This document shows positions 38,091 to 59,300 of a stretch of 64,000 nucleotides of DNA, piece by piece. The notes below the pieces were generated by a model that was not told the DNA's origin, did no database searches, and was given only the letters and a program-made list of their open reading frames with translations. Source of the stretch: Ptychomitrium polyphyllum. Lineage: Eukaryota. The stretch is from contig OZ316776.1 in NCBI GenBank assembly GCA_973851085.1, positions 1,550,001 through 1,614,000 on the forward strand, in the 5' to 3' direction. Both the position numbers and the translations under genes were made by a program. Position 1 is the stretch's first letter, and every line of letters starts with the position of its first letter.

Positions 38091-40244
38091 ATCCAACTTC
38101 AAATGCTTGCTATCAAAAAGTCTATGATATAACTTTCAATTTCATTTTTAATCCAACATTTCATTTCTTTCTTCTTAAATCCTAAATCTTTTTTAATCCT
38201 CCAACCAAAGAAAAGCTCCATTATAAGATCCAATGAAAAATTCCTACCATTTAACCACTACAAAGGTCAACACAATGCAAAATTTAATCCAAAAAAATGA
38301 TATTGTCCATTGACCTTTGTATAAAGAAGCAACTTTGAAAGGATTGTATGCAAATTATATATACATATATAAATAATTCATATTATCTTTTCAAAACCTA
38401 AATTTTTCAAACTATTTCAAAAATAATATATATATATATATATTTTATAAAATTTAACTAACTTTCCATTCATGTCACTTATTCTGAAGTGCAATTTGAA
38501 ATTGATCTTGTTTACAAATTCAATTCAAGGTTTGTATAAGTTGATGCTTTATTTATAAACTTTAAATATTAATACCATATGTAAGAATTACAAGAATATA
38601 AATAATAATTTATTCAAACTAAAAATATTTACAAAATTTAGATGTGATGACTTTTATTAAACAATCTTTTTTTGAATCCACATCTTCTACACTTAAAGGG
38701 TAATTCTTGCACTTAGTTTTAAAAACACATCATTTTTTACAAAAATTCAAACGAATAGAAGGATAATATATGGCATTTTCTTCAAAAAAAAAAATATTCA
38801 AAAATAAAATTTCCATTAGAACTAGAATAAATCATTTCATTTTGAGTTCATAGATTATAATGTTGATAACAATATTACAATTATTTGTAATGATAAATAG
38901 GCCATCACGTAAGAATAAAATGATATTAATTTATTAAAATTCTATATTTTTATACTTTTATAATTTATTTTTCTTGTTTTATTGGTTAGTTTTTGTCTTT
39001 TGTAGAATCAACATTGAACAATTCCAATTAATGTCTACAAAAAAATAAAAAAATAAAAATGGAAGTATCAAATTTAAATAATTTTAAATTAAATTTACAA
39101 GAATTCTCTTAAAAAAATGATTGTATAATGTAATCTATGTTTTTTTATAAAAAATTTGAAAAATAAATTCATTTAAAATGTAATACAAAAATATACATTA
39201 AAATTTTATTTTTATTAAAAATATTGTAAGGAATTCATTATGATTGTTTGCTCATGTACAATCGTTTCATCAAAAGATTCCACATATATTAGTTTTTGTA
39301 CTTTGGAAATAATTGTATTTATATCAATTCAAAACAAAATTGATCACTATTGTATTTTTAAGAAAACAACCTTTAAAAGTTTTATTAAGTAATGTTTTGA
39401 ACAACTCTGAAATTATGAATTTTTATATATAACATTTTTTGCAAAAAAATTATTTATGTTAAAGAGTTTTTTATTATTTGTTAAAATAAACATTTTAGTA
39501 TATTAATATTTTACATTTTAAAACACTTCAAAGACACCATATGCATAGCTTGTCAAGAATCAAAGCATCCAAAGAATGGACATTTGGTTATTTATTATTT
39601 AAATGATGTAAAGTAATAATTACAAAAATTACAAATTTTAATGTATTTATTGTAATGATTTTTCTATTTTATTGTATGTTCAAAATTTCATACAATATCA
39701 ATTCAGTTAGTCAATATCAATTCAATTAGTCAATAGAAAGATTGTTGCCTCTTCTTGAAATAAGGAAATACGATTTTGAGATTTTTAAATTTATATGTTT
39801 TAAAATATCTGAAAAGATGCTATTATTTGGCACTTTCTTTAGCAAGGGTAAAACTTTAATTCCTTCTAAATTAAAAAATTTAAACTTAAATTACTAATTT
39901 TAACATTTAAAATTAATGGTACCAATTAATACTGTATCATATCTTAATCTTGATGGTAGTAAGGAAGACTTTTGTACAAAAAGTATTCGGTGAAAAAAAG
40001 GAATTATCTGAAAAATGTTTATGTATTCTTGCACCTTCAATTTTTTTCGGTGTAAAATCTCACTCAACTCAACATCAATAATTAATATTATGAAAGTCTA
40101 CCCAATGTCCTAATGAATCCTCATATGCACAATTGGTCTTCAAAAGATAATGTTTTTTTACACTTTCATCTCTGTTGCTTCCGTTTAACAATATTTCGTT
40201 GGTAACAGTAACATATATGTGGTGCAATTATGTTTCTCCAAGAC

Positions 40245-40316
40245 CTGTCCATTTCTGTCCATTTCTGTCCATTTCTGTCCATTTCTGTCCATTTCTGTCC
40301 ATTTCTGTCCATTTCT
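40245..40316. repeat. 10-bp tandem array (CTGTCCATTT) x7
   Basis: Seven perfect units read directly. Confidence 0.97.
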
Positions 40317-42061
40317 TCCCATCCAAGATCCAGGGATGATGAACTAGTAGACATTTATGTGTTGACATAGCCATCTCCTTTTATTGCAAGTCTGCATAGA
40401 GAAATCTATGTAGACATGGCCTTTCCACTGTCATGAAATTCACAAGTGGTACGCAAGAAGAAGTTTATCTCAAATCTGCATATGATGTGCTAGTAGCACT
40501 ATCTATGTGGATATGACCTTTTCACTGTTGTAAAATTCACACTTAACACATGATGATATCCACAAGTGATACGTAAGAGGGCATATGTGTGTGGACAACC
40601 TCTCTAAGTTAACACCAATGCACTTTTATGTACTTTTGATTATCTCTACCAAGTATGGTTGACATCTTTATAACTCACTATGAAAGGCACTTTTCCCTTG
40701 GTGTTGAAGAGAAGCTTGGCAGGACTTGTTAATTTAGTTTAATCTTGTTTTGTTATTTATTATCTTAAGAGTTTGGTAGAAAAAAGAATTTTTTTTTGGT
40801 TTGTTTTGGTTCCCTCTCATCCTTCTTCATAAAAACTTTATATTGTAATATAAGATTTATTGGAACGAGAAATGCAATCATTTTTATACATGTTACATTA
40901 TTAAAAGAATACTAGAAATATACTTGTATGTTGAAAGATATAAAGATGTTTAAAACATTAATTTCACAAATTAATAAAAAATTGAGTACATTTCATTCAT
41001 GAAGGTGTTTAATTTAACCATCACATTCTTAAACACATCAATGCTATCAATAAAGTGAAACATCTCATTATTATAATAATAATAATGCTCTTTATATTGT
41101 AAACATCTTATTTTTTTCTAAACTTTTTTGGTGATTACATATATGGTTTGAAATCCAATGCAACCAAAAACATGATTTTCATAATATTTGAATTTGTTAT
41201 GAATTATCAATGAGCCTGTATGTAAAAGGCCAACAATCATTAATAGGTAAATCCACTCAAACAACAATTGGTCTTCATTACTTGATGAAAGCACCCAATT
41301 TAACCGCACGCTTTCCTTCCTAAAGTAGTATGAGGTTATTTTCTAACCAATTACGTACACCATTCCATGATTCTATATTCACCTTTGAGTCAATCCTTTA
41401 TCACTTCTCACCAAGTCTAAACCACCAATAACAAGAATTTGGAAGTTAATGGTAAAACATTTGGTATGTTTTTAGCCTTCATGGCCACAGGTCTCTGGTG
41501 CTAAAGGGCTGTTCCACCTTGGATTCACTCAGCAAATGTAACCACACCTTCTGAAGGGTAGAAAAAACTAGTGGCATCATCCCCATGTCTGAAAGCTGAT
41601 ACCACCTTTGAGTCAACATCTCCATCAGTACACAAAGCAAACCACCCAAGGGTCCACCATGAAATCAACGTCCGACCCACCAGGCTGAGAACCATCCCAA
41701 GAAACCAAATCAAAAGCAAGGCATGCCTATGTTACCACGGGCTGAACCCTCGGAAAGTCACATCCCATTGATGTCAAACTAGACATTCAAGGTCCACCTG
41801 AGAACCAACCACCAACCCAAAAGTCTGGAAACCCTAGGATATCACATGCAGCAGGACGAAGGGTTCTTGAACACAGCCCGGAGGGCCCATAGATTCCCCC
41901 CTTTCATTCATTCCCAGGCTTTTGCTCCCTCTAAAGAACCAAAATTCTTCCTTTCACTCCCAGCCTTGGAAAATCAAAGCCTTAGAACCAGCCTAGTTTA
42001 AACACACAAACAATTGAACGCCTGGAAATATTGGCGCCGTGCACACTAGGGATTTCGTGGC

Positions 42062-42398
42062 GCTCCAACGAACCGAACCCCGTCGCACGACGCCGTTCGT
42101 CCACCCCGGCCGAGAGACGAAGAACTAACTACACCTTAAAACCCGTCACCTACCCAGAAACCTACCATATGCGTACATTTAACTTCCTGAGATCTAAAAA
42201 GGACGTAGATAATACCCAGAAGTATGCAATGACTGTCCGTCACTGCAAACGGATTAGATACTATTCTACGTTTGTTTCTGGTAGTATCTAGAAAGTGTAG
42301 GTTTTTGGTAAGTGACGGAGTTTAGGCGTGTAGTTAGTCCTTCTCTCCGTGTGGACGAATGGCGTCGTGCAATGAACGGGGGTTCGGTTCGTGAGAGC
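42062..42398. repeat. Long imperfect inverted repeat (foldback/MITE-like) upstream of spermidine synthase
   Basis: Arm 42062-42165 is the approximate reverse complement of arm 42297-42398, sharing blocks acgaaccgaacccc, gcacgacgcc.ttcgtccac, actaactacac, ccgtcac.tacc and aaacctac. Confidence 0.85.
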
Positions 42399-42572
42399 AT
42401 TAGGCAGGGCGGACGAACGAAGAGGTCCGTCGGACGAGGGGGCGTCGTCGGCAGGGAGGGAGAAGAGAGAGAAGAGAGAGAAGAGAGCAAGGCTGGCAGA
42501 GGGAGGAAGGCATTCACTTCGCAGCACAGAGGAGAAGCGTTGGCGCTCTCTTGCGAGCTTTGCAGCACAGCG

Positions 42573-46936
<4,364 letters not shown>

Positions 46937-49820
46937 ATGATTAAGGTTGATGTGTTGTGCTTTCCCAGGTCCTCAGTCCCCTGTGATAGATAGAAGTACA
47001 AGGCTTTACCTTGTATGAGCGTTAAGTTATTTGAAAATAAGTTTGTTTGCTGTTTTCTTCCATCTACATTGTGATGGGAGAGGAATTGTGGCTGTCCATT
47101 CCGAACCGTCGGTTTTACATAATGTGAAGGCCACAAACTTGTTTGAAGCTGTTGCAACAATTTTTCCTTAATCTTTGCCCAGGTATGTGACATTGTTGGT
47201 TTTGATGCTGTGGTTTTAAGTAATATGGATGTATATTTCCTACATGAGTTAAGTTTATCCGAGTTCTAAATTTTTTGGCAATTAGCTTTTCATGGATTTT
47301 GCAGAGACCTTCCGTGAGATCTTGAAGTCCAAATGTTCCGTGTCCAATCTTAACAATGTTGCTTTGTCCAAATTAGGTCAAATGTTGGAGTCAATCCGAA
47401 GAACATTCGACATCGTTTTGGATAGTCTTTTGCATCAATCTCTTGAAAGATATTTTTTTCAAGTCATGTACATATGTATGTATATATATGTGACCATACT
47501 ACATCAAGATCTCAATTAACTAACTCCTGCAGGTTTTAACTTTCTAAAAAATGGTTGCACTTGTTAGTGATCTCTGTATTTGACCACCTTTTCTTATATA
47601 TTAGAAGAAAATTCAGAATTACGTTTCTGTGGGCAAAGTGAAGCTGCAAATTTCTGATTTTTGCAAAAAATTCCAAATTAGAACGTAACTTGGTTTCCAA
47701 AGTTTATGTACTTGGGTATTAGTATCAAGTATAAGTAGTAACTACACCGGTACCAAGTTCAGCAATGAAAAATATTAAATAGAATAATCATATATTATTT
47801 TTAATCCTTAGTAACAATTCTACTTAAATTTGATTTCTCAATGGTTGTGTTGCAGAACATCACAAAACACTGGTTCGATTACCTCTTATTAATGATGAAT
47901 TTCACACAATTTAATTTAATTTCATGGTCATAGGTCCATGTGTTAGATTCAAGTAATTTGGACTATGATTAGAGTGTGTCGGTTCATCTTCTCATCTACC
48001 TTACATTAAAATGAAAGAGGATGTTTAACCCGGAAGACCATTTTATGGTAGCTGCCTGTTTTGCGGCATGAACTGGGTTAAAGAGTTTATTCCTTTGAAA
48101 AAAAAGTTTGCTTTCTAATTCAATTTGATCCCATCATTTCATATAAGGGGGTTTTTCAAAGTTGAACAATTTCATATTGCTTTAAGATTATAAAATTTAT
48201 CATTAAGAAAGCAATTGTACTTCTGTCACATATAAATTTAATTTAATTTTATAGAACGAACCATGTCATATAAGCCAATCGTTCCAAATTTTAAGCACCA
48301 AAAATAAAATTTTAATTTTGATGAGTTTTTTTATTTTAAATGCTTTGGAATTTGTCATACAAAGATGTTAATTATTTTTTGGAAGTTTGATTGCATGAAT
48401 GATTTTTATATTTTTATTCTTTCATTTTCCCCTTGGTTTTAAACTTCATCAAAAGTGTGAATCATATATTGCAACTCATCTTGGGTTGAGTCTTCAATGA
48501 ATTTAAAAACAAAGTTACATTGAATTGAAACTTGTTTGTAGAGGAAATCTTCTTTATTAACAAATTAAACATAGTATGACTATAGTAATACAAAATTAAT
48601 ATTAAATTGCACTACATGTTAAATTTTAAGATTTTGAATTTTTTTTTGCATTGTAGTATGTAACTAACAAATAAATGATTAGATATTTAAGTCTAATTAA
48701 TAAAAGAACTGAACTTTAAAAACAAATAAATCTTTAGTTCAATATTAATAAAATAAATGTAAGGAAAAACAACCAATTTGAAGATTCATGGTCATTAGCT
48801 TGTAATAGACAAAAACTACAATTTGTATTATCACTAATTTGTTAATTCTTGTTTAGACTTGGTAATTGATGGTAAATTATTGAAATAGGATGAAAATGGG
48901 AATATGAAAGTGGTCTATGTAATGGATCAAAAGATAAATTTATACTAATTTAGAAAAAAGAGCATGTGATAGATATATGCTATGAATATGGAGATTATTA
49001 AATGAAATATGAATGATTATGTATTCATTAAGTAATAAATACCAACTATTAATTGGATGTTTTATAAATTAATTTATTGGTGGTTTTTGACTTTTTACAA
49101 TACTATATTCTAAAATTCATATAAAATTTAAATGTTTTATATTTCATTGGACTTCAAACCGCATATTATATCTACCAATTATATTTATTGAAGATTTATA
49201 CAATGGTTATAAATGCAGATTTTTCTAATTATTTTGATAATGGGCTGTTCCATCTCATACCAAAACCTGAAGAGCATAATCTACTCCAAGCAAATATAAT
49301 TGATTTTCCTCTGATTGAGTTTTTTAAAAAAAGACATCAAGTTCCTACTTTGCTTGGCATGGCAGAATAGATCCCGTGGGAATAGGGACCCTACCCCAGC
49401 CTTCACTTATTAAGATACCCTCCCAAATCCCGAATATTGAGCACTGCCTACCACGAGCAACACATCTGTATCTCCATGGTATCTTGACGCCCTCAACCAG
49501 GTATCAATCGAAAGTGGACAGAGTGGTACCCCCAGCCGACCATATGATACTTAGCCGGAGTATATCTCTTATTTGTGCTGGATATCACAGTAGTATAGTT
49601 AGAGTATTACCATGTTATCGATCAAAATAGTAACAAAATACGAAATACTTCCTGCGCTTTGTGTTTGCGAAGTGTTTTTGTGTTCAGGTGCGATTTTCCC
49701 CATAGCGAGTGATTGCGAGCTCCTGTACTGCGACACGGAGAGCTCCAACGAACCTCTGTCACTTTTTCTTGATACTCACTCTGCAAGTGTTCGTTGCGTC
49801 GGAGAATATCGGGAGGAATC

Positions 49821-49877
49821 GGAGAGAGAGAAGGAGAGAGAGAGGTGCAGTTAGTGGCGAGGGTTTGTCTAGGGTTT
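49821..49877 (+). promoter_or_regulatory. GA-repeat and telo-box (TAGGGTTT) in the SRP54 5' leader
   Basis: A GA tract lies at 49821-49844 and TAGGGTTT (reverse complement of AAACCCTA) at 49870-49877. Telo-boxes are typical of plant translation-machinery genes. Confidence 0.5.
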
Positions 49878-49926
49878 GCGGATTGACTAGCATTGGATTT
49901 GGATTTGGAGTCGACAGGAGGGCAAG

Positions 49927-53180
<3,254 letters not shown>

Positions 53181-54806
53181 CAAATTGGTTTGCAGGCTAT
53201 TCTATCACTTCACTCAATTAGGTGGAACTCTTTGAGATCCATGAGCGAGGCAATCTCAAGAGCCATCCAAGAGTGCTATGCAGGGTTGTATATTACACCA
53301 TGTCGATTTTAGTGTAGATATACTGGCACTCCTGTACTAGCCAATTTTCGCCACGTGACACTCCCTTCAGTATGTTTAGAGGCATGGATCGTTCATGCAT
53401 TGGAAATGTTGAGCACACTTTTTGCTAACCCTCCTCAGAGGTAGATATACAATTACATCTCAGAATCTTTCTTATAAATATGGTTTTGTACAAGTATTTG
53501 GAGCGCCTGTGTCATGTCAAGTAGGTTTTGGCATGTGGCTTGTTTCCTCAGGTTTCGTGATGATCCGTTTTCCTGTACAGTTTAACCTTGGAATTACAAC
53601 ACTTAATTGTAGCAAAACCTGGACTACTAGTTTTCTACTTCTGTAGAACAAATCTTCCGAGGCTTAATCTTCTGCCTTGAAGTATTTTGTGCAATGTGAT
53701 GGAAATGGTGGTCCTTACTTTTAAGATATCTATAAGTTGGCATTGAGAGTTGCAAGGAATGTGGACTTTTTTTGGGGTCTCGTAACAGAAGTTGAATGAT
53801 TCCATACTTCATTGCTATTTATGTTGGATTTGTAAAGTGTTAATTCCATGCCATCCAGTGCTTGCACCTTGGCATAAATACATCCTACTTATCTGCGTAA
53901 AAGGAACATGCCACTTGCAAGGACAATCAATAGAGATTTATCTGAGATCTTATAAAGAAAAGGCAATCGTCAAACCGGGTTTGGTAGGCAACCTTTGCAG
54001 CCAAATAGAATGGAACAAGAGCTAACTATCATAGCGGAACAAACTTTTGTAGCACTTTGTACGCCATTCTTTCACGAACAAGACACACTATCGCATACAG
54101 TTATCGTACAGGATGGTTCGAGCTAATTCTCTTTTCAGCTACAGTAGGCAGCAGGTCTTCACAAGACTGCAAAAGTACGAACATCCAAACAACGTGTACA
54201 CAAGGAGTCACAGCACACATAATAAAATTAATCAAAGAAACAAAAAGAGGTCTGACAAAAAGTAGGAGAATCTATGGGTTCATGAACTCCGTGACTCATT
54301 AGCCGTCTCCAGACTGGACACTCAAGTCCAATTGACTAGTGACTTTACAACTGCCTGCCAGTCACAGGTGCCCCATCTACCAACAATCCGCCACCTCGAA
54401 CAATTTCATCGCTTACAGTCCAGCAGCCCAAAGTTCACGGCTTCAGGCCCCCCTTCCTTGAACACTCCCGTCACTGTGCACAGCGTTTGTAACTAAGATT
54501 CATGTCGATTTGGGGTACAGTAGCAATTTTGGAATGTAACCCTCACACTGACAAACGTAGCAATCTTGTCCCTTTCACAAAGGAGTACTCTGTATCATCG
54601 AAGCACCCCCGGGTATCACCTCAGCGTTATGTAGGGCCCGCAACCACGGTCTCAGGCCCAGCTCCCGCCTTCCCCCAATCCCGGACGAAATCGCCTGCTA
54701 TCCGCCCACGGACCTCCTCGCACATTCTAGTGCAAGGTACAGGCACCCATACCCGATCGATGCCTTGCTCACCACACCGGTGCCACATTACAAGGAGAAC
54801 ACCGCC

Positions 54807-55056
54807 GGTGTCACCGAGGTCGAATCACAAGAGTATCAAGACAGGTATCGTCCAAGAAGTGGACATGCTCAACTTCCTGAGGCTCCACTTCTGCCTTCGC
54901 TACCATTGCAGTATCCCCGTCATAGTTTCAGAATCGAAGCGCCTAGTTATTATCTAGGTATCACCTCCGTATCAGACGTGTATCACAGAAGTATCATCGC
55001 ATTATCGAGCAGGTATTGTCCAAGAAGTGGACATGGCCAACTCTTTTGATGAACTC
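54807..55056. repeat. Degenerate ~168-bp local duplication upstream of the 5-phosphatase gene
   Basis: caggtatcgtccaagaagtggacatg (54842-54867) versus caggtattgtccaagaagtggacatg (55010-55035), with similar flanking sequence. Confidence 0.75.
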
Positions 55057-56395
55057 GCTGTCATTTTTGGAGCGCCATCGCCATTCTGGAGTAGAGAGAC
55101 TTAACACTCGGGACGCACGATGGTTTTCCGTGCTCTTCTTCGCTGCGGAAGACGATTATGCTGCTTGATATTATCTTAAGGCTTCCCTGCCTGGTTGTTG
55201 TGATTAAAACCGGACACGCTTCGACGTTTGGCGATCAGTTATGAAGGAGTGGTGCAGTTGTCGTCGTTTTCTTACTTTCTTCCTTTCAGAATTCTTAGGA
55301 TTGTGACGTCGACCGCGACTCGTCTGGTTGAGGAGTAGCTCTGTAAGTGGAAGAGGGGAGAGAGTCTCGTGAGGTGCGACTTAAGGCACCTTCAGACGCT
55401 GTGTTTGTCGCAGGTGTTGACTCTTGAGGCTTGTGAGGAGAAGAAGGCACATTAGCAGCTGGTTTTTAAATTTGTACGTGTTGCTGCTTTCTCTGCATTG
55501 AATTTACAGTATTGATGTTTAAAGCGAGTTAGTAGTGGATAGGTCAATCAGCTCGTAGTCAGTTTGATGTGGTCAAGTTAGCTCGGGATTAGCATCGACG
55601 ATGTGTTTCGTTGCCGGCGTAGAAGTGCTGTGAGTGCCATTATGTATGTCTTTATTGATGGCCGACGAGTATAGTCTGAATCGCGTCGTGCTATTATACA
55701 AGAGGGTAAACTAGTCGTTGTTCTGAACATTAGATTTTGCTTGATTTCGTGAGAGATGTCATCGTAGACTGGTGCTATTTCCTGAAGATTCTCCGCTTCG
55801 GCAGGATCCGAAAGGTTTTGGTGCAACCTACAAGTGTTCATTGACACGTGAGCGATAGCTTTGCGATAGTCAATTTTGTGCACTATATGATAGTCGCTGA
55901 GGTATAGCCTTGGTTTAGATATACGAGAATACTAAAATTTTTGAGCTACGGGAAGGTTGCTGAAGAATCGGACGAAACTGCATGCTGTTCGTGACAGTTT
56001 CTGAGTTTCAAAGGAGACGAATCACTGCTGTTATCTCTTACAAAATCTCTGTAGGTAGAGTGAGCAGAATCTGTTGCCTTCAGGGTCAAAGATCATGTAT
56101 GTGGACAACAAGGATTGTAGTACCCCTATTTCAATACCCCGTACATTGGACCTTCACTTCTACGGAGAACTAATCGGAGCACTTTTTTACCTTATTGTTT
56201 TTATGGTGTCTAGTTGGAGACGCTTTCTGTGGTCATTTACTTCGCAGGGCGTAGTTTTGAGGTGGCTATCACATCATTATGGTATTATAGTTGGTTAGTG
56301 CATCTCACTACTCAACCATTGTTTGTAGTGACACTTGTGTGGGAATATTGCAGGTAATATTGGTTACCAATTAATTCGAAGAGCATTGGGATGCA

Positions 56396-59300
56396 ATGGG
56401 GCTAGAAGCACCTCGAGGTCGACCAGAGGTAGCTTCAAATATTTCTTATCCTGATGGTTTTTTTGAAACTCAACGAATTCAAGAATCAAAATGGAGTTGT
56501 CGCTGTTTGTGTGCCTTATTTTTGAAAGCTAATGGTAAGCGGATCGACTTTATCAGTTTTGGCCGCGCCAGCTGGTCAAGAAATGGCTGAACTTGAGACA
56601 AACCGGCAACCTTAAGTTTAACCGCGACGCCGACATGGATTCAGAATACAATCCCGACGGTGACGGTGGTAAGCAATTCTATCGAACCTCGCTTAACGCT
56701 GGCCGTCTGCTGGATGCTCTGAACTGTAGTTTTTAAGCTAATATAACATTTAATGGTTTTCATGCAACTCAATATTGAATACAATTAATACAATCTTTGT
56801 TCTCTTAATTGAAGCTATCATTCCTTTAACATTAGCTTTGCATTAAAGTATGCGCGTCAATTTGTGCTGCATTTACAGACTTAGAAGAGCTTGAAGATGA
56901 ATTCGATGTTGATATATCAAACCCCCGCTCAAACCTTCACGGAAATGTGGATATGAACTCTGTAACCGGTAAGTGCTAGATGGGGGTGCACTAACTTTTC
57001 TTAGCTGATACATGTACACCAAGGTCTGGTTGATTAAACCTAATGACAATAGCTACTGTTTCTTAAAATTCACATCCATTGTCCGAAATACTGACCTATA
57101 GGTTATGATGTGAAATCGCAATCCAGTTGCTTCACCATCCAATCCAGTATCCCTTCTGCGTGGACAGTCAGAGACTCTTCGTCAGCAGTTCGTCGATGAT
57201 CACGAATACCGGTACTTTTATGATCTGAATCTCAAACAATGAATGAAAACATCAGTTCTAAGCACAAGGTTTGTGCACCACGGCCTGTTTGCTATCCAGT
57301 GGTGCAGTCATTTCTCCACGTTTTGGAATTCATCCGTAGAAATTGGCCACTGTACCCAAGTTGACATCCTGGATTTCTTGCGAAGAGCAGAGTAGCAGTG
57401 CATACCTGGAACGTTGCGGGGAAAACGCCTCCGGACGACTTGGACCTGGAAGAATGGATAGGGGATTCTCGACCCGCTGATATTTATGTTTTTGGGTAGG
57501 TTTTCAGTGACCAGTACTTTACTCTTTCTAATGATTTCTTAATTCTCGAGATATCTAAGCTGTAGCAGAAGTTAAGTGAAGTTACACCAGTCTTGCTCAT
57601 GTCTTGTTTTTTTCCTCCAGTTTTCAAGAAATTGTGCCATTGAACGCCAATAATGTTTTATGTGTCGAAGATCAAGAACCTGCAGCCAGATGGGAAGCCA
57701 GAATTCGGGAGTTTTTAAATAGTAATGCTGGAATCCGGAAAGAAAGCGATTCATTTCAGAGCCGCAGTGCTCCTGCTTCACCTCGACATGACGGCATGGA
57801 TATTTCTATGTCAAAGGTTTCCGACGTTGAGAAAGTCCTCAGCAGATGTGTGAGTGGGAAAAACTTGGAAACAGCATTTCTAGCCACAGAAGGTAACCTT
57901 TTAAATTACGAGAAGAACTTGTCTTCCAAAGCAGAGAACTGGCCACCTGAAAGAACTGGCATTAATGGTGAGGTTTACGATGATGGAACGTGGCCGTTTG
58001 CAACGGAGATTCCGGACCTCACGACACGCGATTTGCATAAGGCAGTTATGGCTGATGAGTTGCTTTCAGAGAAAGCGAATCTTGCGGCCCCACTTTTGTC
58101 ATCAACTGCATCTGCAGGTTTCACTGCTGCTGAAGTTCAACATCGCTATTCTCGCGTTGCGAGCAAGCAAATGGTGGGTATTTTTATAACTGTCTGGGTT
58201 CGTTCCCAGCTTTGGCGTCATGTGCACAATGTGAAGGTGTCAGCTGTTGGCCTTGGGCTCATGCATTACCTCGGGAACAAGGTACTTCGTTAACCTCCGC
58301 GTGTCCTGATTAAATTAGCATGTGTCTAGTTTTGTTTGAAATATGTCTTAGCATTTAGTTATGCAGGTTACATTCAATTGACGGGAACATGTTCTCATAG
58401 ATTGTCTCTCACGATCCGAAAGTTTTGAGCAACTTAATAGTTAGAATATGTTCATCGTTAGAGAATCAAGGTTCTAATGGTCAATATCCTTCATCATTTG
58501 AATGGTCACTGGTTACTGCTCCGTACCTTTATCAGTGAATTCTGATCTTGCTATTTGGCACTTATGCAGGGTTCAATATCTGTGAGTATGTGTCTTCATC
58601 ACACAAGCTTCTGCTTCGTATGCTCGCATCTGACTGCAGGCGATAAGGACGGGGACCAATTTCGGAGAAATGCAGATTTCATGGAAATTCTGCGCCGAAC
58701 TAGATTTCCTCGATTGGTGAAGGTTTTAGGTGTCGAGCTACCCGGAACCATCTTAGCACATGAGTGAGTAACAACTTGAATATTTCCAGTGGGCGCTGCA
58801 TCCCAAAGACAGCGACACTTATGTACATTGTTGTCCATAATAATTAGCATCCATCAAAGCAGTATTCATTCTAATACTGTGATTTCCCAAAATATTTTCT
58901 TTGTTGGATCCGTTCTTGTTTATGCAATTAATTGAGTCTGTCTTGGAGAGATGCTGTAATATCTTGCCTGTGCCCCATTCTCGTACACACAACGTCTGTT
59001 GCTCCTTCTGATGATTCGTTCTCTTCTATACATTGCAGTCGGGTCATTTGGCTTGGAGATTTGAACTATAGGCTCGCTCTATCAGACAAAGAAACTTGGC
59101 GATATGTTAGTTGTCGCGATTGGGAGTCTCTCTTGCGCTATGATCAGGTGCTTAACTCAATTCTATGTAGACATTTCATTGAAGTAATAATAGAAAAAGC
59201 CAGCAACTCACTTGTACCTTATTAATATGTGCTTCAATCGCAATCTCTCATCTGACTATCATGTTCATCTGAAATTATTTGAGCAGCTGAAGCTTGAGCA

